NCBI GenBank assembly: GCA_963717525.1 | Contig: OY970343.1 | Span: 2,224,004-2,288,003 of the forward strand | Direction of reading: 5' to 3' | Source: an uncultured Methanoregulaceae archaeon | GTDB taxonomy: Archaea > Halobacteriota > Methanomicrobia > Methanomicrobiales > Methanospirillaceae | DNA: 64,000 nucleotides | In this document: positions 26,218 to 37,428 of the stretch, one piece after another | Position numbering within the stretch: position 1 is the first letter of the stretch | Layout of the letters: every line of letters begins with the position of its first letter | Notes under the pieces: model-generated | Database searches by the model: none | The model's input: only the letters and a program-made list of their open reading frames with translations | What the model was told of the DNA's origin: nothing | Position numbers and translations under genes: made by a program

Positions 26218-26898
26218 ATGTCCTTTCCCGGAAGATCCCCTTCGTATCGCATGGTGGTTGCAATCCTGTTCCTCACCTCCCTGGTCCTCCTTACTGGAGC
26301 CCCGGCTGCCGCGACGCAGGTGCTGACAAACGTGTCCTTCTCACCCGTCCTCCCGCTTGCCCCCGGCAGCGTGCAGTACACGACAAGTTCCATCACGATC
26401 ATTCCTTCGGGTGCCACCACATTCTCACGGTACCACTCACTCCAGATGCAGACCGGACTTCTGGATGCCCAATGGGATATACAGGTGATAGTGAACGGCA
26501 TTCCCGCTGCACAGCAGCCCGCATCCGGGGCCACCGCGTTTGTGAACGGCTACCTCCTCTCCTACCCGACCACGAGCGATCTCGCGTTTACCGTGGCTAT
26601 CAACGGGACGGTGCCTGCCAGTGCCGGGACAACCGTGACTGTTTTGCAGGTGACCGAGCTCGATAATGGCGGCGCACCCGTCCCCGGAAGCAGCATTACG
26701 GTCACTGCGCCGCTTCACTCCGCACCACCGGGTACACCCGGCAACCCATCGGTCACGGCCACTCCCCTTTCCTCACCTGAGCCGGTCTCTTCATCGCAGG
26801 AGGCGCACATGCCCGGGTTTTCTGCCGGGGTCGGAATAGGCGGGGCTGTTTTGGGAGCTCTTGCCTGGGTATCGGTACAGCAGCAGCGCCACACATGA
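26218..26898 (+). CDS. Secreted surface protein with PGF-CTERM-like archaeosortase signal
   Basis: Signal peptide, Ser/Thr/Pro-rich linker, MPGFSAGVGIGGAVLGALAW plus short tail. Confidence 0.75.
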   Translation: MSFPGRSPSYRMVVAILFLTSLVLLTGAPAAATQVLTNVSFSPVLPLAPGSVQYTTSSITIIPSGATTFSRYHSLQMQTGLLDAQWDIQVIVNGIPAAQQPASGATAFVNGYLLSYPTTSDLAFTVAINGTVPASAGTTVTVLQVTELDNGGAPVPGSSITVTAPLHSAPPGTPGNPSVTATPLSSPEPVSSSQEAHMPGFSAGVGIGGAVLGALAWVSVQQQRHT

Positions 26899-26989
26899 CC
26901 GGCGGGTCGTACCGGGCACCTGATGAATGCCCCCTGTCGCTAATGGGAAGAACAACAGCTATACAAATCCCCGCACCTCACCTTGTTGC

Positions 26990-27445
26990 ATGGACAATAC
27001 CGAGGCCGCCCGGAACGCGCTTCGCGGTACGACCCTTTCGGAGAAACTGGCGTCGATCGGCATCGAGCACGGTAGGATGATCGAGATCCGCAATCTTGAC
27101 GCGGTCGGCCGCGATTATGGGATTGCCGTCTTCCTTTTTTTTGAAAAGGAGCTGGCTACCACCCGCACGCTCGCGCAGGTAGAGGATGAATTCAGGCAGG
27201 TTCCCGAGTACGAACGCCCCTATGTGAGGGTCGACCGTTTTCTCCGGTTCACGCAGGAGAACGATCCCTCCTTTTCCCGCACGCTGGACGAATTCCCTCT
27301 TATGGTCGAGATCGTGGGAGTCGGTGAACTGCACGATCCCGCAACCGGCCGGACCATACCGGTCATCACCGGCATGATGCCGTTCCTGGACGAGTTCGAT
27401 GTGGATATCGATCCAGTTGCACGGTCAGAGGAGCACCACCGGTAA
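26990..27445 (+). CDS. Hypothetical protein
   Basis: Protein-like ORF ending TGMMPFLDEFDVD. Confidence 0.7.
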   Translation: MDNTEAARNALRGTTLSEKLASIGIEHGRMIEIRNLDAVGRDYGIAVFLFFEKELATTRTLAQVEDEFRQVPEYERPYVRVDRFLRFTQENDPSFSRTLDEFPLMVEIVGVGELHDPATGRTIPVITGMMPFLDEFDVDIDPVARSEEHHR

Positions 27446-27509
27446 TTCTCCCTTTCGTCAGCGGAGACCCGGCATTACTTTCCGTTCGTTGTGATGGGGG
27501 ATTGTATCC

Positions 27510-27869
27510 ATGGCAAAGAAATTCCGCCGGTTCCTCTGGCAGTTCGTTATCGGGTTTGGTTTTCTCTCAGGCCTCTGGACTGCCATCGGTATCAACCCGG
27601 AAAATGTTATCATCACTGCCCTTGGCTCTGTGGTCACGACACAGGTTTCGGATCCTGTGATCCGGGCTTTTATTGTGTTGCTGCCCACCCTGATCCTGAT
27701 AGTATCGGTGATCGGCGCGTACCGGCACGGGAAGATTCCCGGCCTCATCGCCGTGCTGGTCGCCTACGTGGCGGGCCTGGTGATCCTATCGGCAGTTCTC
27801 GTAGGTCTCGCAGTACTCTGTGTGGCAGTCATCATTGGGTATTATTCAACCGGATCCCGCAGAAAATGA
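27510..27869 (+). CDS. Membrane protein (about 4 TM)
   Basis: Hydrophobic segments; GFLSGLWTAIGINPE. Confidence 0.75.
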   Translation: MAKKFRRFLWQFVIGFGFLSGLWTAIGINPENVIITALGSVVTTQVSDPVIRAFIVLLPTLILIVSVIGAYRHGKIPGLIAVLVAYVAGLVILSAVLVGLAVLCVAVIIGYYSTGSRRK

Positions 27870-27927
27870 CGCGGACTCCCGGTGCATCTCATCACTATAA
27901 ATTCCGGCACGACAAAAATAACCGGTC

Positions 27928-28671
27928 ATGAGCCTGTTTCCCAAAAAACACCTTATCTGGTGTTTCGATACGATAGCGCCGAGCAAATACCTGCTGAAAT
28001 TCAGGAAACTGGCCGTTTTTGAGCCCTTTATGGGATACGATATTGCGCACCGGGGACGACTTTCACATTATGGCTGCGCCGAACGCAAGCAGTTTGCATC
28101 GGACCTGAAAAAGATCCGGTCCGATACCGATCTCCTCCTTGAAGACATCGAGGCATACCAGATCTACATGGCTGCAAAGATCACCGGGAAGGTACCCGGG
28201 GATATTGCGGAAGTTGGTGTCTACAAGGGTGGTTCGGCCAAGATCATCTGTTCAGCCAAGGGCGACCGGCACCTTCATCTCTTCGATACCTTTGCCGGCC
28301 TTCCCCGGGTGGACGACGTGGATACGGTCTGGCCGTTTTATGAGGGGAAATTTGCTGCGTCCTATGATGATGTGAAGACCTACCTGGCACAGGAGAAGAA
28401 CGTCTTTTTGTACAAGGGTCTCTTCCCCGACACCTCGGCCCCGGTGAAGGATAAGCGGTTCTCGTTTGTCAATCTTGATGTGGATACCTACGAGAGCACG
28501 AAGAAGTGCCTCGAATTCTTCTACCCCCGGATGAACGCCGGGGGTGTTATCGTCTCCCACGACTATCTCACGGTACCGGGGGTCAGGAAAGCCGTGGACG
28601 AGTACTTCGCCGGAAAGCCCGAGCCCGTAGTCGAGACCGCGGCCTCACAGTGCATTGTTGTGAAAGTGTAA
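27928..28671 (+). CDS. TylF/MycF-family O-methyltransferase
   Basis: VPGDIAEVGVYKGGS, LFDTFAGLP, KGLFPDT, VNLDVDTYEST, GGVIVSHDY. Confidence 0.9.
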   Translation: MSLFPKKHLIWCFDTIAPSKYLLKFRKLAVFEPFMGYDIAHRGRLSHYGCAERKQFASDLKKIRSDTDLLLEDIEAYQIYMAAKITGKVPGDIAEVGVYKGGSAKIICSAKGDRHLHLFDTFAGLPRVDDVDTVWPFYEGKFAASYDDVKTYLAQEKNVFLYKGLFPDTSAPVKDKRFSFVNLDVDTYESTKKCLEFFYPRMNAGGVIVSHDYLTVPGVRKAVDEYFAGKPEPVVETAASQCIVVKV

Positions 28672-28759
28672 CGGTAATAGCACCATTCTTTTTTGGATGA
28701 CCCGGATCGAAACCTGACTCCGGGAACATCGTGTTTTGAAAAACAGCCAAATAAAAAAA

Positions 28760-28939
28760 TTATTCCTTGAATATAAGGATCCCGAAGATGATGAGCATCA
28801 GGCCGGCAAGGAGAACCACGATGCCGATCAGGCCTTTGACAGCCATGATAACGTCGGGCAGGAACATCCCGATGGCATAGACCCCGAGCACAAACAGTAC
28901 AATACCAACAACCAGTGCAGCAATTCCTGTCTTATCCAT
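28760..28939 (-). CDS. 59-aa 2-TM membrane protein (not in ORF track)
   Basis: MDKTGIAALVVGIVLFVLGVYAIGMFLPDVIMAVKGLIGIVVLLAGLMLIIFGILIFKE; TATA-like element upstream, T-run downstream. Confidence 0.75.
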   Translation of the reverse strand: MDKTGIAALVVGIVLFVLGVYAIGMFLPDVIMAVKGLIGIVVLLAGLMLIIFGILIFKE

Positions 28940-29045
28940 AATCTGAAATCTCCGCTATATTTTCTCTGAATTGAATCATATAAGGGTGTTGCCCAAAGAG
29001 GTTACGGGCACAACGGACCTCGTATTCTCATGCATGCCCGGATCT

Positions 29046-29669
29046 TCAGATCCGCACGATCCTGAGTATCTCGACAGCGACCTCCTGCACATCCTTTGTG
29101 TGGAAGGCAAACGACCGTTTGATGGGAAATGTGCCGCTGACCCGGCCGGCAACCTTTCCCCTCCCTGCGATATATGCCTCCACAAAGGGGGTCGAGCCGG
29201 CGTTGAATATGCCATACGTGACCGGGGCGATCGCAAGGGCGCAGTCGATGAACGGCCGGTCGGCGTGCACCTTCTGGGCGCCAAACGGGGGGTTCATGAC
29301 AACCGTGTCGCAGGGACCGATCCGTTCCGCACAGGTTTGGGCAGCATCCGCACCGCCCAGACCGGCCGTGACAAACTCCACGCCGGCACCGAGCAGTGCG
29401 GCATTCTTTTCTGCGGTGCGGATGGCATCCGGGTCGAGATCTATGGCCCGCACCGTCCGGGCGCCAAGCAGGGCTGCCCCGATGGCAAGGATCCCGGTGC
29501 CGCACCCGAGATCCGTGACGGTCTTTCCTGCAATGTCGCCCCTGACAAATGCATCGTAGAGGAGCCGGGCAGCAAGGGGCGCCGGGGTCTGGTACTGCTC
29601 CCACGCAGCCCGCGGCTTCTCAAAGCCGGCGCAGCGCTGCAGTGCCATCTCCAGCTGCCTGAGTTTCAT
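29046..29669 (-). CDS. METTL5-like N6-adenine RNA methyltransferase
   Basis: EQYQTPAPLAA, DLGCGTGIL, MNPPFG, FAFHTKD. Confidence 0.9.
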   Translation of the reverse strand: MKLRQLEMALQRCAGFEKPRAAWEQYQTPAPLAARLLYDAFVRGDIAGKTVTDLGCGTGILAIGAALLGARTVRAIDLDPDAIRTAEKNAALLGAGVEFVTAGLGGADAAQTCAERIGPCDTVVMNPPFGAQKVHADRPFIDCALAIAPVTYGIFNAGSTPFVEAYIAGRGKVAGRVSGTFPIKRSFAFHTKDVQEVAVEILRIVRI

Positions 29670-30619
29670 ACGATCTCGTCTATCGTGTAGTCGTCCCAGT
29701 TCCGTACGCCGCAGAGGATCTCGAACTCCTGCGGGGAGAGAACGGGCCTTCCGAACCGTACCTGGTCGTCGTAGGCAAGCCGGGGACACGCGGTGTTCAC
29801 GTAGCAGTCGAACCCGAGGTTAAGCAGTTCATCCGGCGTCACTTCGCGCATGGTGACGATGACCGCCCCCGGGGAAAGGGCCGCGAGCCGCTCTGCGAGC
29901 GCCCGGCGCTGCTGGCCGCTCTTGGTGCTGAGGATGATACCGATGTGCTGTGCTCCCCGGGCCTTTTCCATGACGGCAGACCGCCGGCGCAGGAGCGGGT
30001 CGGCGTTGACTTCCTGTGCGGTGCCGGTGAGCGGGTCGAGCGCGATCACCCGGGCTTTTGTGGCAAGGGCGATGCCTATAGGGTGAAAAATGCCGGTGCC
30101 GACAAAAAAGATCTCTCCGGCTCCGGTCCGCTTCGCGGCGGCAAAACTGCACCCGAGCACCTGCCCCCGGAGCGGCGTCCGCCCGGCGCCGTCGGCAACC
30201 CGGACGTCGTGGCAATGGGATGCAAGGAATGATTCCATGGCCGGGACAAGGTGGGCGTGCTGGACGGTGGTGACAAGGCCGACAGTCTTTTCATGGAGCA
30301 GGGGAAGGGCCTGAGCGAGGATCGATACGTCGAAATCAACTGTCCATGGCTCGAAAATGACCTCCCCGCGGTCGTCTACAGGTGCATGCCCGAAATGCAC
30401 GAGCACGTCCGCCTTCCCTTCTGTCACCGTATCGAGCGCGAGATCGCAGGCGCCGTAGCAGGGATCGCCGCTGATGATCACGTCGAACCCTGCGGTTTTC
30501 AGGTCGGAGGAGACAGATCCGGCCTGCCGTTTGAGTCCCTCCGGGAACTGGAGGGCAACCTTATGTACCCCCCGCTTTTTGAGTTTTTTGATCAGGTCAG
30601 ATGTACCGCTCAACCACAT
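29666..30619 (-). CDS. dph2: Diphthamide biosynthesis enzyme Dph2
   Basis: [35 protein letters not shown]. Confidence 0.95.
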   Translation of the reverse strand: MWLSGTSDLIKKLKKRGVHKVALQFPEGLKRQAGSVSSDLKTAGFDVIISGDPCYGACDLALDTVTEGKADVLVHFGHAPVDDRGEVIFEPWTVDFDVSILAQALPLLHEKTVGLVTTVQHAHLVPAMESFLASHCHDVRVADGAGRTPLRGQVLGCSFAAAKRTGAGEIFFVGTGIFHPIGIALATKARVIALDPLTGTAQEVNADPLLRRRSAVMEKARGAQHIGIILSTKSGQQRRALAERLAALSPGAVIVTMREVTPDELLNLGFDCYVNTACPRLAYDDQVRFGRPVLSPQEFEILCGVRNWDDYTIDEIV

Positions 30620-31145
30620 GCACCCGGTCGGTGACATTGATCTTCACGAGCGACTTGTACGGCCGCCCGATATCGGGATCGCCGCGCTGGATTACGATGC
30701 AGACGTCCTTAACCTCGGCGCCGGCAATCTCAAGAGCAGAAAGCAACGCCCGCATCGTGCCGCCCGTGCTCACCACGTCATCGATGATCACGACCCGGTC
30801 ACCTTTGTACACACCGTTCAGGTACAGTTCCCCCTTCGAGTAGCCGGTCTTCTGGTGGACCGGCACTTCAGAGGGCAGCTTGTACTCCCGCTTCCGCATG
30901 ACCGTCATGGGGATATCGGTCATCACCGAGAGCACCGCACCGATGTGGATGCCCATCGCCTCAACGACCACGATCTTATCGACATCGTTTAAGTCAAGCA
31001 CCTTGATCATCGCGCTGCACACGTCGCGGAGAAGAGCGGGTTCCACGATCGGGACGCCGTCGGCGATCGGGTGGATGAAATAGTTGTATTCGCCCCGTTT
31101 CACCATCGGGCAGGTTTCAAGGGATTCTACCAGCCTGTCAAGCAT
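30597..31145 (-). CDS. hpt: Archaeal hypoxanthine/guanine phosphoribosyltransferase
   Basis: [35 protein letters not shown]. Confidence 0.9.
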   Translation of the reverse strand: MLDRLVESLETCPMVKRGEYNYFIHPIADGVPIVEPALLRDVCSAMIKVLDLNDVDKIVVVEAMGIHIGAVLSVMTDIPMTVMRKREYKLPSEVPVHQKTGYSKGELYLNGVYKGDRVVIIDDVVSTGGTMRALLSALEIAGAEVKDVCIVIQRGDPDIGRPYKSLVKINVTDRVHVVERYI

Positions 31146-32235
31146 GCATATCACCACAATCTTTCAAAAATGCCTCTATACTGTCACGCTGCACGTGGGG
31201 CATGCAGACGATCCGCAGGTGGCCGTTCCGGGTCCACGAGACCCTCCAGGGTGCGGGAGCGCTGCTGCAGACGAAGGTCGCCACGTTGACGTCCGGGGTG
31301 GCGGCCGGCTCGATGCCGAGCGTTCCCATGCCGGCGATAAGGCGCTCTGTATTTTTCATGCAGCCGGCAACGACTGCTTTCATGCCCGAAATGCCCATGT
31401 AGTCGAGCACTGCAAGGGCTCCAGCCACCGGGGCCCCCGGGCGGGTGCCGGCCAGCGTATACTCCCTTTTCACCGAGAGATACGGCGTGTCGATGTTGAG
31501 CGCATCGAGCATGTCCGGCTCCCGGGTGAGCAGGACGCCGGCCGGGATCGTGCTCATGCCCATCTTGTGCGGGTCGACAGCGATGGTGGTAACGCCGGGC
31601 AGGGCAAAGTCAAAGGGAATGGGGCGTTCAAGGAACGGGATCACCATCCCGCCGAACGCCGCGTCCACGTGCAGGAAGATGTCATGCTCGCACGCGATCT
31701 TTGATAAGTCTTCGATCGGATCGACCATCCCGTACTCGGTGGTGCCCGCGACACCGACAAGGCAGATGGTGTTCCTGTCGATGAATCCGGCAGCGGTATC
31801 GGCATGCATCCTCCGGTCCGGGCCGAGAGGCACGTTCCGTATCTCGAGACAGAGGAGGTCGCAGGCTTTCTTGAACGAGAAATGGGCGGACTCGGGAACG
31901 ACCACGTTCGGGCAGGTGCTGGGCCGGAGTTCCTTTGCAAGTCGGAGTGCCTGGATGTTGGACTCTGTACCTCCCGAGGTTGCATAGCCGCCGGCGTCCT
32001 TGTGATGGAACAAGGTGCCGAGGCGTTCGACAAGCAGGCGTTCCAGCGACGCGGTCCCGGGAAAGAGCCCGGGGTCGCCGAGGTTGGTCTCCATGAACAG
32101 GGAGTGTGCCTTCACTGCGACCGGGTGCGGGAGTGTACACATGGAGCTGAGGATATACCGGTAGTCGATGTCCTCTTTCTTTTGAGAGGATAAAAAAGAG
32201 AAGAGATCGTCTTCGGAAAGACCGTTACTCAGCAT
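31138..32235 (-). CDS. mfnA: L-tyrosine/L-aspartate decarboxylase
   Basis: [37 protein letters not shown]. Confidence 0.93.
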   Translation of the reverse strand: MLSNGLSEDDLFSFLSSQKKEDIDYRYILSSMCTLPHPVAVKAHSLFMETNLGDPGLFPGTASLERLLVERLGTLFHHKDAGGYATSGGTESNIQALRLAKELRPSTCPNVVVPESAHFSFKKACDLLCLEIRNVPLGPDRRMHADTAAGFIDRNTICLVGVAGTTEYGMVDPIEDLSKIACEHDIFLHVDAAFGGMVIPFLERPIPFDFALPGVTTIAVDPHKMGMSTIPAGVLLTREPDMLDALNIDTPYLSVKREYTLAGTRPGAPVAGALAVLDYMGISGMKAVVAGCMKNTERLIAGMGTLGIEPAATPDVNVATFVCSSAPAPWRVSWTRNGHLRIVCMPHVQRDSIEAFLKDCGDMHA

Positions 32236-34513
32236 CGCGGTTTCTCGCAGCTTCGAGGATGATGCGTTTCTCGGTCTTTGCGACCGCTTCGCGGATCTTT
32301 GCAATGGCATCGATGTTTGCAGAGATGCTGGTGATCCCGTGTTCCACGAGCCAGATCGCCATCTTGGGGTCTGATCCCGCCTGCCCGCAGATCGAGCATT
32401 CGACACCATAGGCCCGGCACTCTTGGATCGCGTTGTGAATCAGGGAAAGGACCGCCGGGTGCTGGGGGTTGTACATGTCGGCCACGTTTTCGTTGTTCCG
32501 GTCGATGGCGATCGTGTACTGGATGAGGTCGTTTGTCCCAAAGGAGGCAAACTTGATCCCGGCTTTGAGGAAGTCCTCGATCATAATGGCGCTTGCCGGG
32601 ATCTCGATCATGATCCCGAGGGTCACGTTCTCCACGTCAACGCCCCACCCCCTCATCATCTCTTTTGCCTTGATGAACTGGTCGGGGTGGGAGACCATCG
32701 GGAACATGACGCCAAGGTGCTCGTAGCCGGCCTTCCAGAGGCGCTTGAACGCCTCCACCTGGAGCCTGAACTGGTCGAAGCTCTGGAGATCCCGGCGGAT
32801 ACCACGCCAGCCGAGCATCGGGTTGTGCTCGTGGGGCTCGCTCTCGCCGCCCTGCATGTTCCGGAACTCGTCGGTCGGCGCGTCAAGCGTGCGGACCCAG
32901 ACCGTCTTTCCCGGGAATGCATCGAGCACGATCTTTATGCCGTCGTAGAGCTCTTTTACGAATTCCTCCTCTTTGTGGTTGGCGATGAACCAGCCGGGCG
33001 TCTTGTTGAGCCCGAGGATCAGGTGCTCGATCCGGAGCAGACCGACACCGTCGGCGCCGGTTGCCGCTGCCCGGGCCGCTGCCTCGGGGATCGAAACGTT
33101 TACTTTCACACTTGTCGCCGTGATAATCGGGCCGCTTCCTCCAGATGCCGCTGGTACGGCTGCGCCAGCCTTTGCCTGTGTCAGCCCGCCAACTGCACCT
33201 TCGTAGACAATTCCCATCTCACCGTCGACGGTGACGATCTGCCCGTTTTTGAGCTGCTGGGTCGCCGTCTTTGTCCCGACCACTGCAGGGGTGCCCAGTT
33301 CCCTGGAGACGATGGCCGCATGGCAGGTCATGCCACCTTCATCGGTCACGATGGCGGCGACCTTTCTCATCGCCGGCACCATGTCGGGGTTGGTCATGCG
33401 GGTGACAAGGATGTCGCCCTCCTTGACTGTGCCGGTGTCTTTTACATCCCGGATGATGACAACTTTCCCGGTCGCGATACCCGGTGCCGCTCCCTGTCCT
33501 TTCAAGAGAATCTTTGCGTCCTTGCTCTGTCCTGACATGCCCTTTCCCTCTTTCTTTCCGATTGTGGTGATCGGCCGGGACTGGAGGATATAGATGGTCC
33601 CGGCGACAATACCCCATTCAACATCCTGCGGTACGCCATAATGGTTCTCCGCGATCTTGCCGTACATGGCAAGCTTTGTGATCTCACCTTCTGAGAGGAC
33701 CTGCGCATCCTGTCGCGCAGGGTCAAGGGGGACCAGCTTCGTGCCATGGGAACCGTCGGGTATGATCTCAACTTTCTTGTTTGCGATGGTCGTTTCCCCG
33801 ACAGATTCCGTCCGCTGGTCAAAGACGTAGTGGTCCGGTGAGACCGACCCGGAGACGACCGCCTCTCCCAATCCCCACGACCCCTCGATGATGGTGAGGG
33901 GTTCCCCGCTGATCGGGTGGGAGGTGAACATGACCCCGGCCTTCTCCGAGTGTACCAGCTGCTGGACAACGACCGCGATGTTGACGGTGTGTTCCTCGAA
34001 TCCCTGCTTTGCCCGGTAGTAGATCGCCCGTGCCCCGTAGAGTGAAGCCCAGCAGTCCTGGACTGCGGAGAGAAGTGCAGCCTCGCCCCTGATATTGAGA
34101 TACGTCTCCTGCTGGCCGGCAAAACTTGCGTCGGGCAGGTCTTCGGCCGTGGCGCTCGACCTTACGGCGACAATCAGGTCTTTTTGTGCCATCTTTTTGT
34201 AGGAGGCTTTGATATCGTCTTTTATCGACACCGGCATCTTTGCCTTGATCACCAGACCTTTTATGGTATCGGCAGCCTTTCCAAGGGCCGCATTATTCTC
34301 TACATCGATATTTTCAGAGACCTTGTAGATCTTCTGGTCAAGGCCGGTCTCGACAAGAAACCTCCGGAAGGCCTGGGCGGTGACCACGAACGCCGGGGGC
34401 ACCGGAAGGCCGATCGAAGCCATCTCGCCAAGGGACGCACCCTTGCCACCCACTGAGACGATATCCTCCTTCCTGATCTCTTCGAGCCATAGAATATTGG
34501 GCACATCTTTCAT
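32225..34513 (-). CDS. ppsA: Phosphoenolpyruvate synthase
   Basis: GGKGASLGEM, VRSSATAEDLPDASFAGQQETYLN, GGMTCHAAIVSRELG, GTNDLIQY; true start MKDVPNIL at 34513. Confidence 0.97.
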   Translation of the reverse strand: MKDVPNILWLEEIRKEDIVSVGGKGASLGEMASIGLPVPPAFVVTAQAFRRFLVETGLDQKIYKVSENIDVENNAALGKAADTIKGLVIKAKMPVSIKDDIKASYKKMAQKDLIVAVRSSATAEDLPDASFAGQQETYLNIRGEAALLSAVQDCWASLYGARAIYYRAKQGFEEHTVNIAVVVQQLVHSEKAGVMFTSHPISGEPLTIIEGSWGLGEAVVSGSVSPDHYVFDQRTESVGETTIANKKVEIIPDGSHGTKLVPLDPARQDAQVLSEGEITKLAMYGKIAENHYGVPQDVEWGIVAGTIYILQSRPITTIGKKEGKGMSGQSKDAKILLKGQGAAPGIATGKVVIIRDVKDTGTVKEGDILVTRMTNPDMVPAMRKVAAIVTDEGGMTCHAAIVSRELGTPAVVGTKTATQQLKNGQIVTVDGEMGIVYEGAVGGLTQAKAGAAVPAASGGSGPIITATSVKVNVSIPEAAARAAATGADGVGLLRIEHLILGLNKTPGWFIANHKEEEFVKELYDGIKIVLDAFPGKTVWVRTLDAPTDEFRNMQGGESEPHEHNPMLGWRGIRRDLQSFDQFRLQVEAFKRLWKAGYEHLGVMFPMVSHPDQFIKAKEMMRGWGVDVENVTLGIMIEIPASAIMIEDFLKAGIKFASFGTNDLIQYTIAIDRNNENVADMYNPQHPAVLSLIHNAIQECRAYGVECSICGQAGSDPKMAIWLVEHGITSISANIDAIAKIREAVAKTEKRIILEAARNRDAE

Positions 34514-34657
34514 GCTCGCACCACTTATGATCTCACCTCCCCCCTGTTTAAGTATTATCATCTTCCGGCTCCCGATCCGGGGGTGCCCGCGGGGGTCCTT
34601 GTGCCGGAACCAAGAATAATCCTGATTAGGTATTGCGCAGATATTGTATGGGTTTTT

Positions 34658-36262
34658 ATGGCAAACGCGAGAGTGCTCGTCAGCGATCCGCTGGCGGAAG
34701 AAGGGCTGGCGATCCTCAGGGAGGCCTGCAGAGTCGACGTCAAAACAGATCTCAAGGAGGACGAACTCTGCGGGGTTATCGGCGAGTATGATGCCCTGAT
34801 CGTGCGGAGCGGGACAGAGGTTACCGCAAAGGTGATAGCGGCGGGGAAACGGCTCAGGTTTATCGGGCGTGCCGGCGTCGGTGTTGACAATGTGGATGTG
34901 GACGCGGCCACCCGTCAGGGGGTCATCGTGGCAAACGCACCCGAGGGAAACACCCTTGCGGCGACCGAGCACACGATGGCGATGATGCTCTCGCTCGCAC
35001 GAAATATCCCCCAGGCCAACGCGAGCCTGAAAAAGAAGGAGTGGAAGCGCTCGAAGTTCATGGGCGTGGAGCTCAACGAAAAGACGCTCGGGATTGTCGG
35101 TTTTGGCCGGATCGGTCGTGAGGTGGCAAAGCGGGCAAACGCGATGGACATGAAGTGCGTCGCCTACGACCCGTTTATCTCCAAGGAGCGTGCCGCCCAG
35201 CTCGGCGTCAGGGTGATCTCCCTCGAGGAGCTCTTCACCGTTGCCGACGTGATCACGGTGCACACCCCGCTGATTAAGGAGACAAAACACGTCATCAACG
35301 CGAAAAGCATCGCAACGATGAAAGACGGCGTGCGGATCATCAACTGCGCCCGCGGCGGGATCATCGATGAGGCGGCGCTCGATGACGCTATCAGGTGTGG
35401 TAAGGTTGCCGGTGCGGCGCTCGATGTCTTCGAGACCGAGCCCCCGCTCGAATCGCCGCTCCTCTCGCTCGACAACGTGATCGTGACTCCTCATCTTGGG
35501 GCAAGTACGGTCGAGGCCCAGAAGAACGTGGCGATTTCGGTGGCAAAGCAGTGCATCGAGGTCCTCAACGGCGGTTCCGCGAAGTACGTCGTGAACGCAC
35601 CGATAGTCCCGAGCGAGCATGCCGAGGTGCTTGAGCCGTTTGCCGAACTTGCCGAGAAGATGGGACGCTTTGCGATCCAGACGGTCGAAGGCCGTCTCGC
35701 ATCGGTCCAGTGCATCTATGGTGGCGAGCTCTCCGCATATGCGGGAAGCATGAAGTTTGTGACCCGGCTGGTGCTCAAAGGGCTGCTTGACCCGATCCTC
35801 CAGACACCGGTCAATATCGTCAACGCCGAGTTTGTCGCAAAGGAACGCGGTATCACGATGAGCGAGACGGTGACCGAGGAGGCCCATGGATTTAAGAACC
35901 TCATCACGATCAAGGTCAAAACCGACAAGACCGAAGAGACCGTCTGCGGGACGGTGTTCGTGAAGGGCCGCAGCCGGATCGTCTCGGTTGACAAGTACAC
36001 GATGGACTTGATCCCCGAGGGATACGTCATTGTCTCCCGGCACCTGGACAGGCCGGGTGTGATCGGCAGGGCGTCGACGATCCTCGGGAAGTGCAACATC
36101 AACATCGCTGGTATGCAGGTCGGGCGGATCAACCCCGGCGAAGAGGCGCTCATGGTCCTGAGCGTGGACAGCGAGGTGCCCGAGGACGTGATGAAGGAGA
36201 TCCGCTCGATGCCGGGTATCTTCTCTGCAACGTTTGCCAAAATCTCATCAAAGAAGATCTGA
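34658..36262 (+). CDS. serA: D-3-phosphoglycerate dehydrogenase
   Basis: GRAGVGVDNVD, GIVGFGRIG, INCARGG, TPHLGAST, C-terminal ACT domain. Confidence 0.97.
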   Translation: MANARVLVSDPLAEEGLAILREACRVDVKTDLKEDELCGVIGEYDALIVRSGTEVTAKVIAAGKRLRFIGRAGVGVDNVDVDAATRQGVIVANAPEGNTLAATEHTMAMMLSLARNIPQANASLKKKEWKRSKFMGVELNEKTLGIVGFGRIGREVAKRANAMDMKCVAYDPFISKERAAQLGVRVISLEELFTVADVITVHTPLIKETKHVINAKSIATMKDGVRIINCARGGIIDEAALDDAIRCGKVAGAALDVFETEPPLESPLLSLDNVIVTPHLGASTVEAQKNVAISVAKQCIEVLNGGSAKYVVNAPIVPSEHAEVLEPFAELAEKMGRFAIQTVEGRLASVQCIYGGELSAYAGSMKFVTRLVLKGLLDPILQTPVNIVNAEFVAKERGITMSETVTEEAHGFKNLITIKVKTDKTEETVCGTVFVKGRSRIVSVDKYTMDLIPEGYVIVSRHLDRPGVIGRASTILGKCNINIAGMQVGRINPGEEALMVLSVDSEVPEDVMKEIRSMPGIFSATFAKISSKKI

Positions 36263-36381
36263 CTCTTTTAATACATTTTTGAGGAGTCTGCTGACCCCTC
36301 CCGAATACCATCCACGAGCTTCCACTCTAGGGGATGTGTACCAAAAAAAGAATGTCCTAGTGGCATCCCCGAAGATATACA

Positions 36382-36705
36382 TCAGGGATTTTGCACTTCT
36401 TCCTCATATACCCTGACGGTCACCGGCAGGATGTTGGGGCGCTTGTCTGTCATGATGTAGGTGTACGCCATCATGTGCACCATGTACTCAAGATATCCTT
36501 TGGCAAAATCCGAGAGCCCCTGGTGCCGCCTGCCGAGGATCAGGATATGGAACCACTGGATGACCAGGCAGATGGTAGCAATAAGCCCGTATACAAATGC
36601 CACGATTGCAATCAGGATCCAGTAGATAATACGGATAAGCAACTCCAGGCGGCTTGCATCGTGCACGTAGGTGAAGAGCTGGGGGGGTGTCGTTCCTTCG
36701 GTCAT
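36382..36705 (-). CDS. DUF4389-like membrane protein
   Basis: ASRLELLIR...VIQWFHILILGRRHQGL...YIMTDKRP. Confidence 0.8.
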   Translation of the reverse strand: MTEGTTPPQLFTYVHDASRLELLIRIIYWILIAIVAFVYGLIATICLVIQWFHILILGRRHQGLSDFAKGYLEYMVHMMAYTYIMTDKRPNILPVTVRVYEEEVQNP

Positions 36706-36874
36706 GATATCGATAGTCCCTCTTTGAGGCCGGGGCTGATAAAACACGTGTTGAATGAAATTTTTTTTGTGGTACAAAATGGTAATCTATGCACCCCGAT
36801 GAGAGGGGTTGCGGCACGGGTACACTATTTTTTAATAATAGGATGACAGATGTTATAGAGCATCAGAACCACGC

Positions 36875-36948
36875 GGGCTCGTGGTCTAGTTGGCTATGAC
36901 GTCGCCTTGACATGGCGGAGGTCCTGAGTTCGAATCTCAGCGGGCCCA
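36875..36948 (+). tRNA. tRNA-Val(GAC)
   Basis: GGGCTCG/CGGGCCC acceptor, anticodon loop TT-GAC-AT, T-loop TTCGAAT. Confidence 0.97.
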
Positions 36949-37072
36949 TCGCGACGCTTTTTTTGTTCTCTTCTCACAGAGCGTGATGCCTGCACTTTCA
37001 TAGCTGCCGGCGGATACGAATCTCTTCTCAGATTCCGGCATGACCTCCTATCGTTCTGAACCAATAAGCCCT

Positions 37073-37342
37073 TCACCATCTGTTTTTCCCGGTATCGTTA
37101 TACAGCAGCCAGATGGCATAGAGCATCGAAGCGCAGGCAGCGAGCAGGATCAGTGAATTCAGGCGGGGAAGCCCGTATGGATAGAAAATTCGGTCCCCTT
37201 CAAAAAGGGCAAAGAGCGCAAAAGCGATCGCAATGAGCCAGCCGTACGCCATCTTGTTCCTGGCCGCGATCAGCACCGCGATCACCGCAACCAGACATTC
37301 CAAGAGGATAGCAAGAATATTGATAACACCGGTGAAATCCAT
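37073..37342 (-). CDS. Small 3-TM membrane protein (paralog-like to 6092-6352)
   Basis: KMAYGWLIAIAFALF motif. Confidence 0.75.
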   Translation of the reverse strand: MDFTGVINILAILLECLVAVIAVLIAARNKMAYGWLIAIAFALFALFEGDRIFYPYGLPRLNSLILLAACASMLYAIWLLYNDTGKNRW

Positions 37343-37428
37343 GGTTCAGGATAGGTATCCCCGGCAATATCTGTTTTCCGGGTGACCTGAAACGGGGCTA
37401 AAAAAAGATAAAGGGGTATCTGTTTCTG

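Noticed and set aside
32225..36043. 1272-aa ORF suggesting a giant PpsA fusion
   Set aside because: The N-terminal ~510 aa are the antisense shadow of serA; real PpsA starts at 34513
36290..36375. Palindromes between serA and the DUF4389 gene (GGGGATG/CATCCCC)
   Set aside because: Short single stem between convergent genes; insufficient evidence for a distinct element
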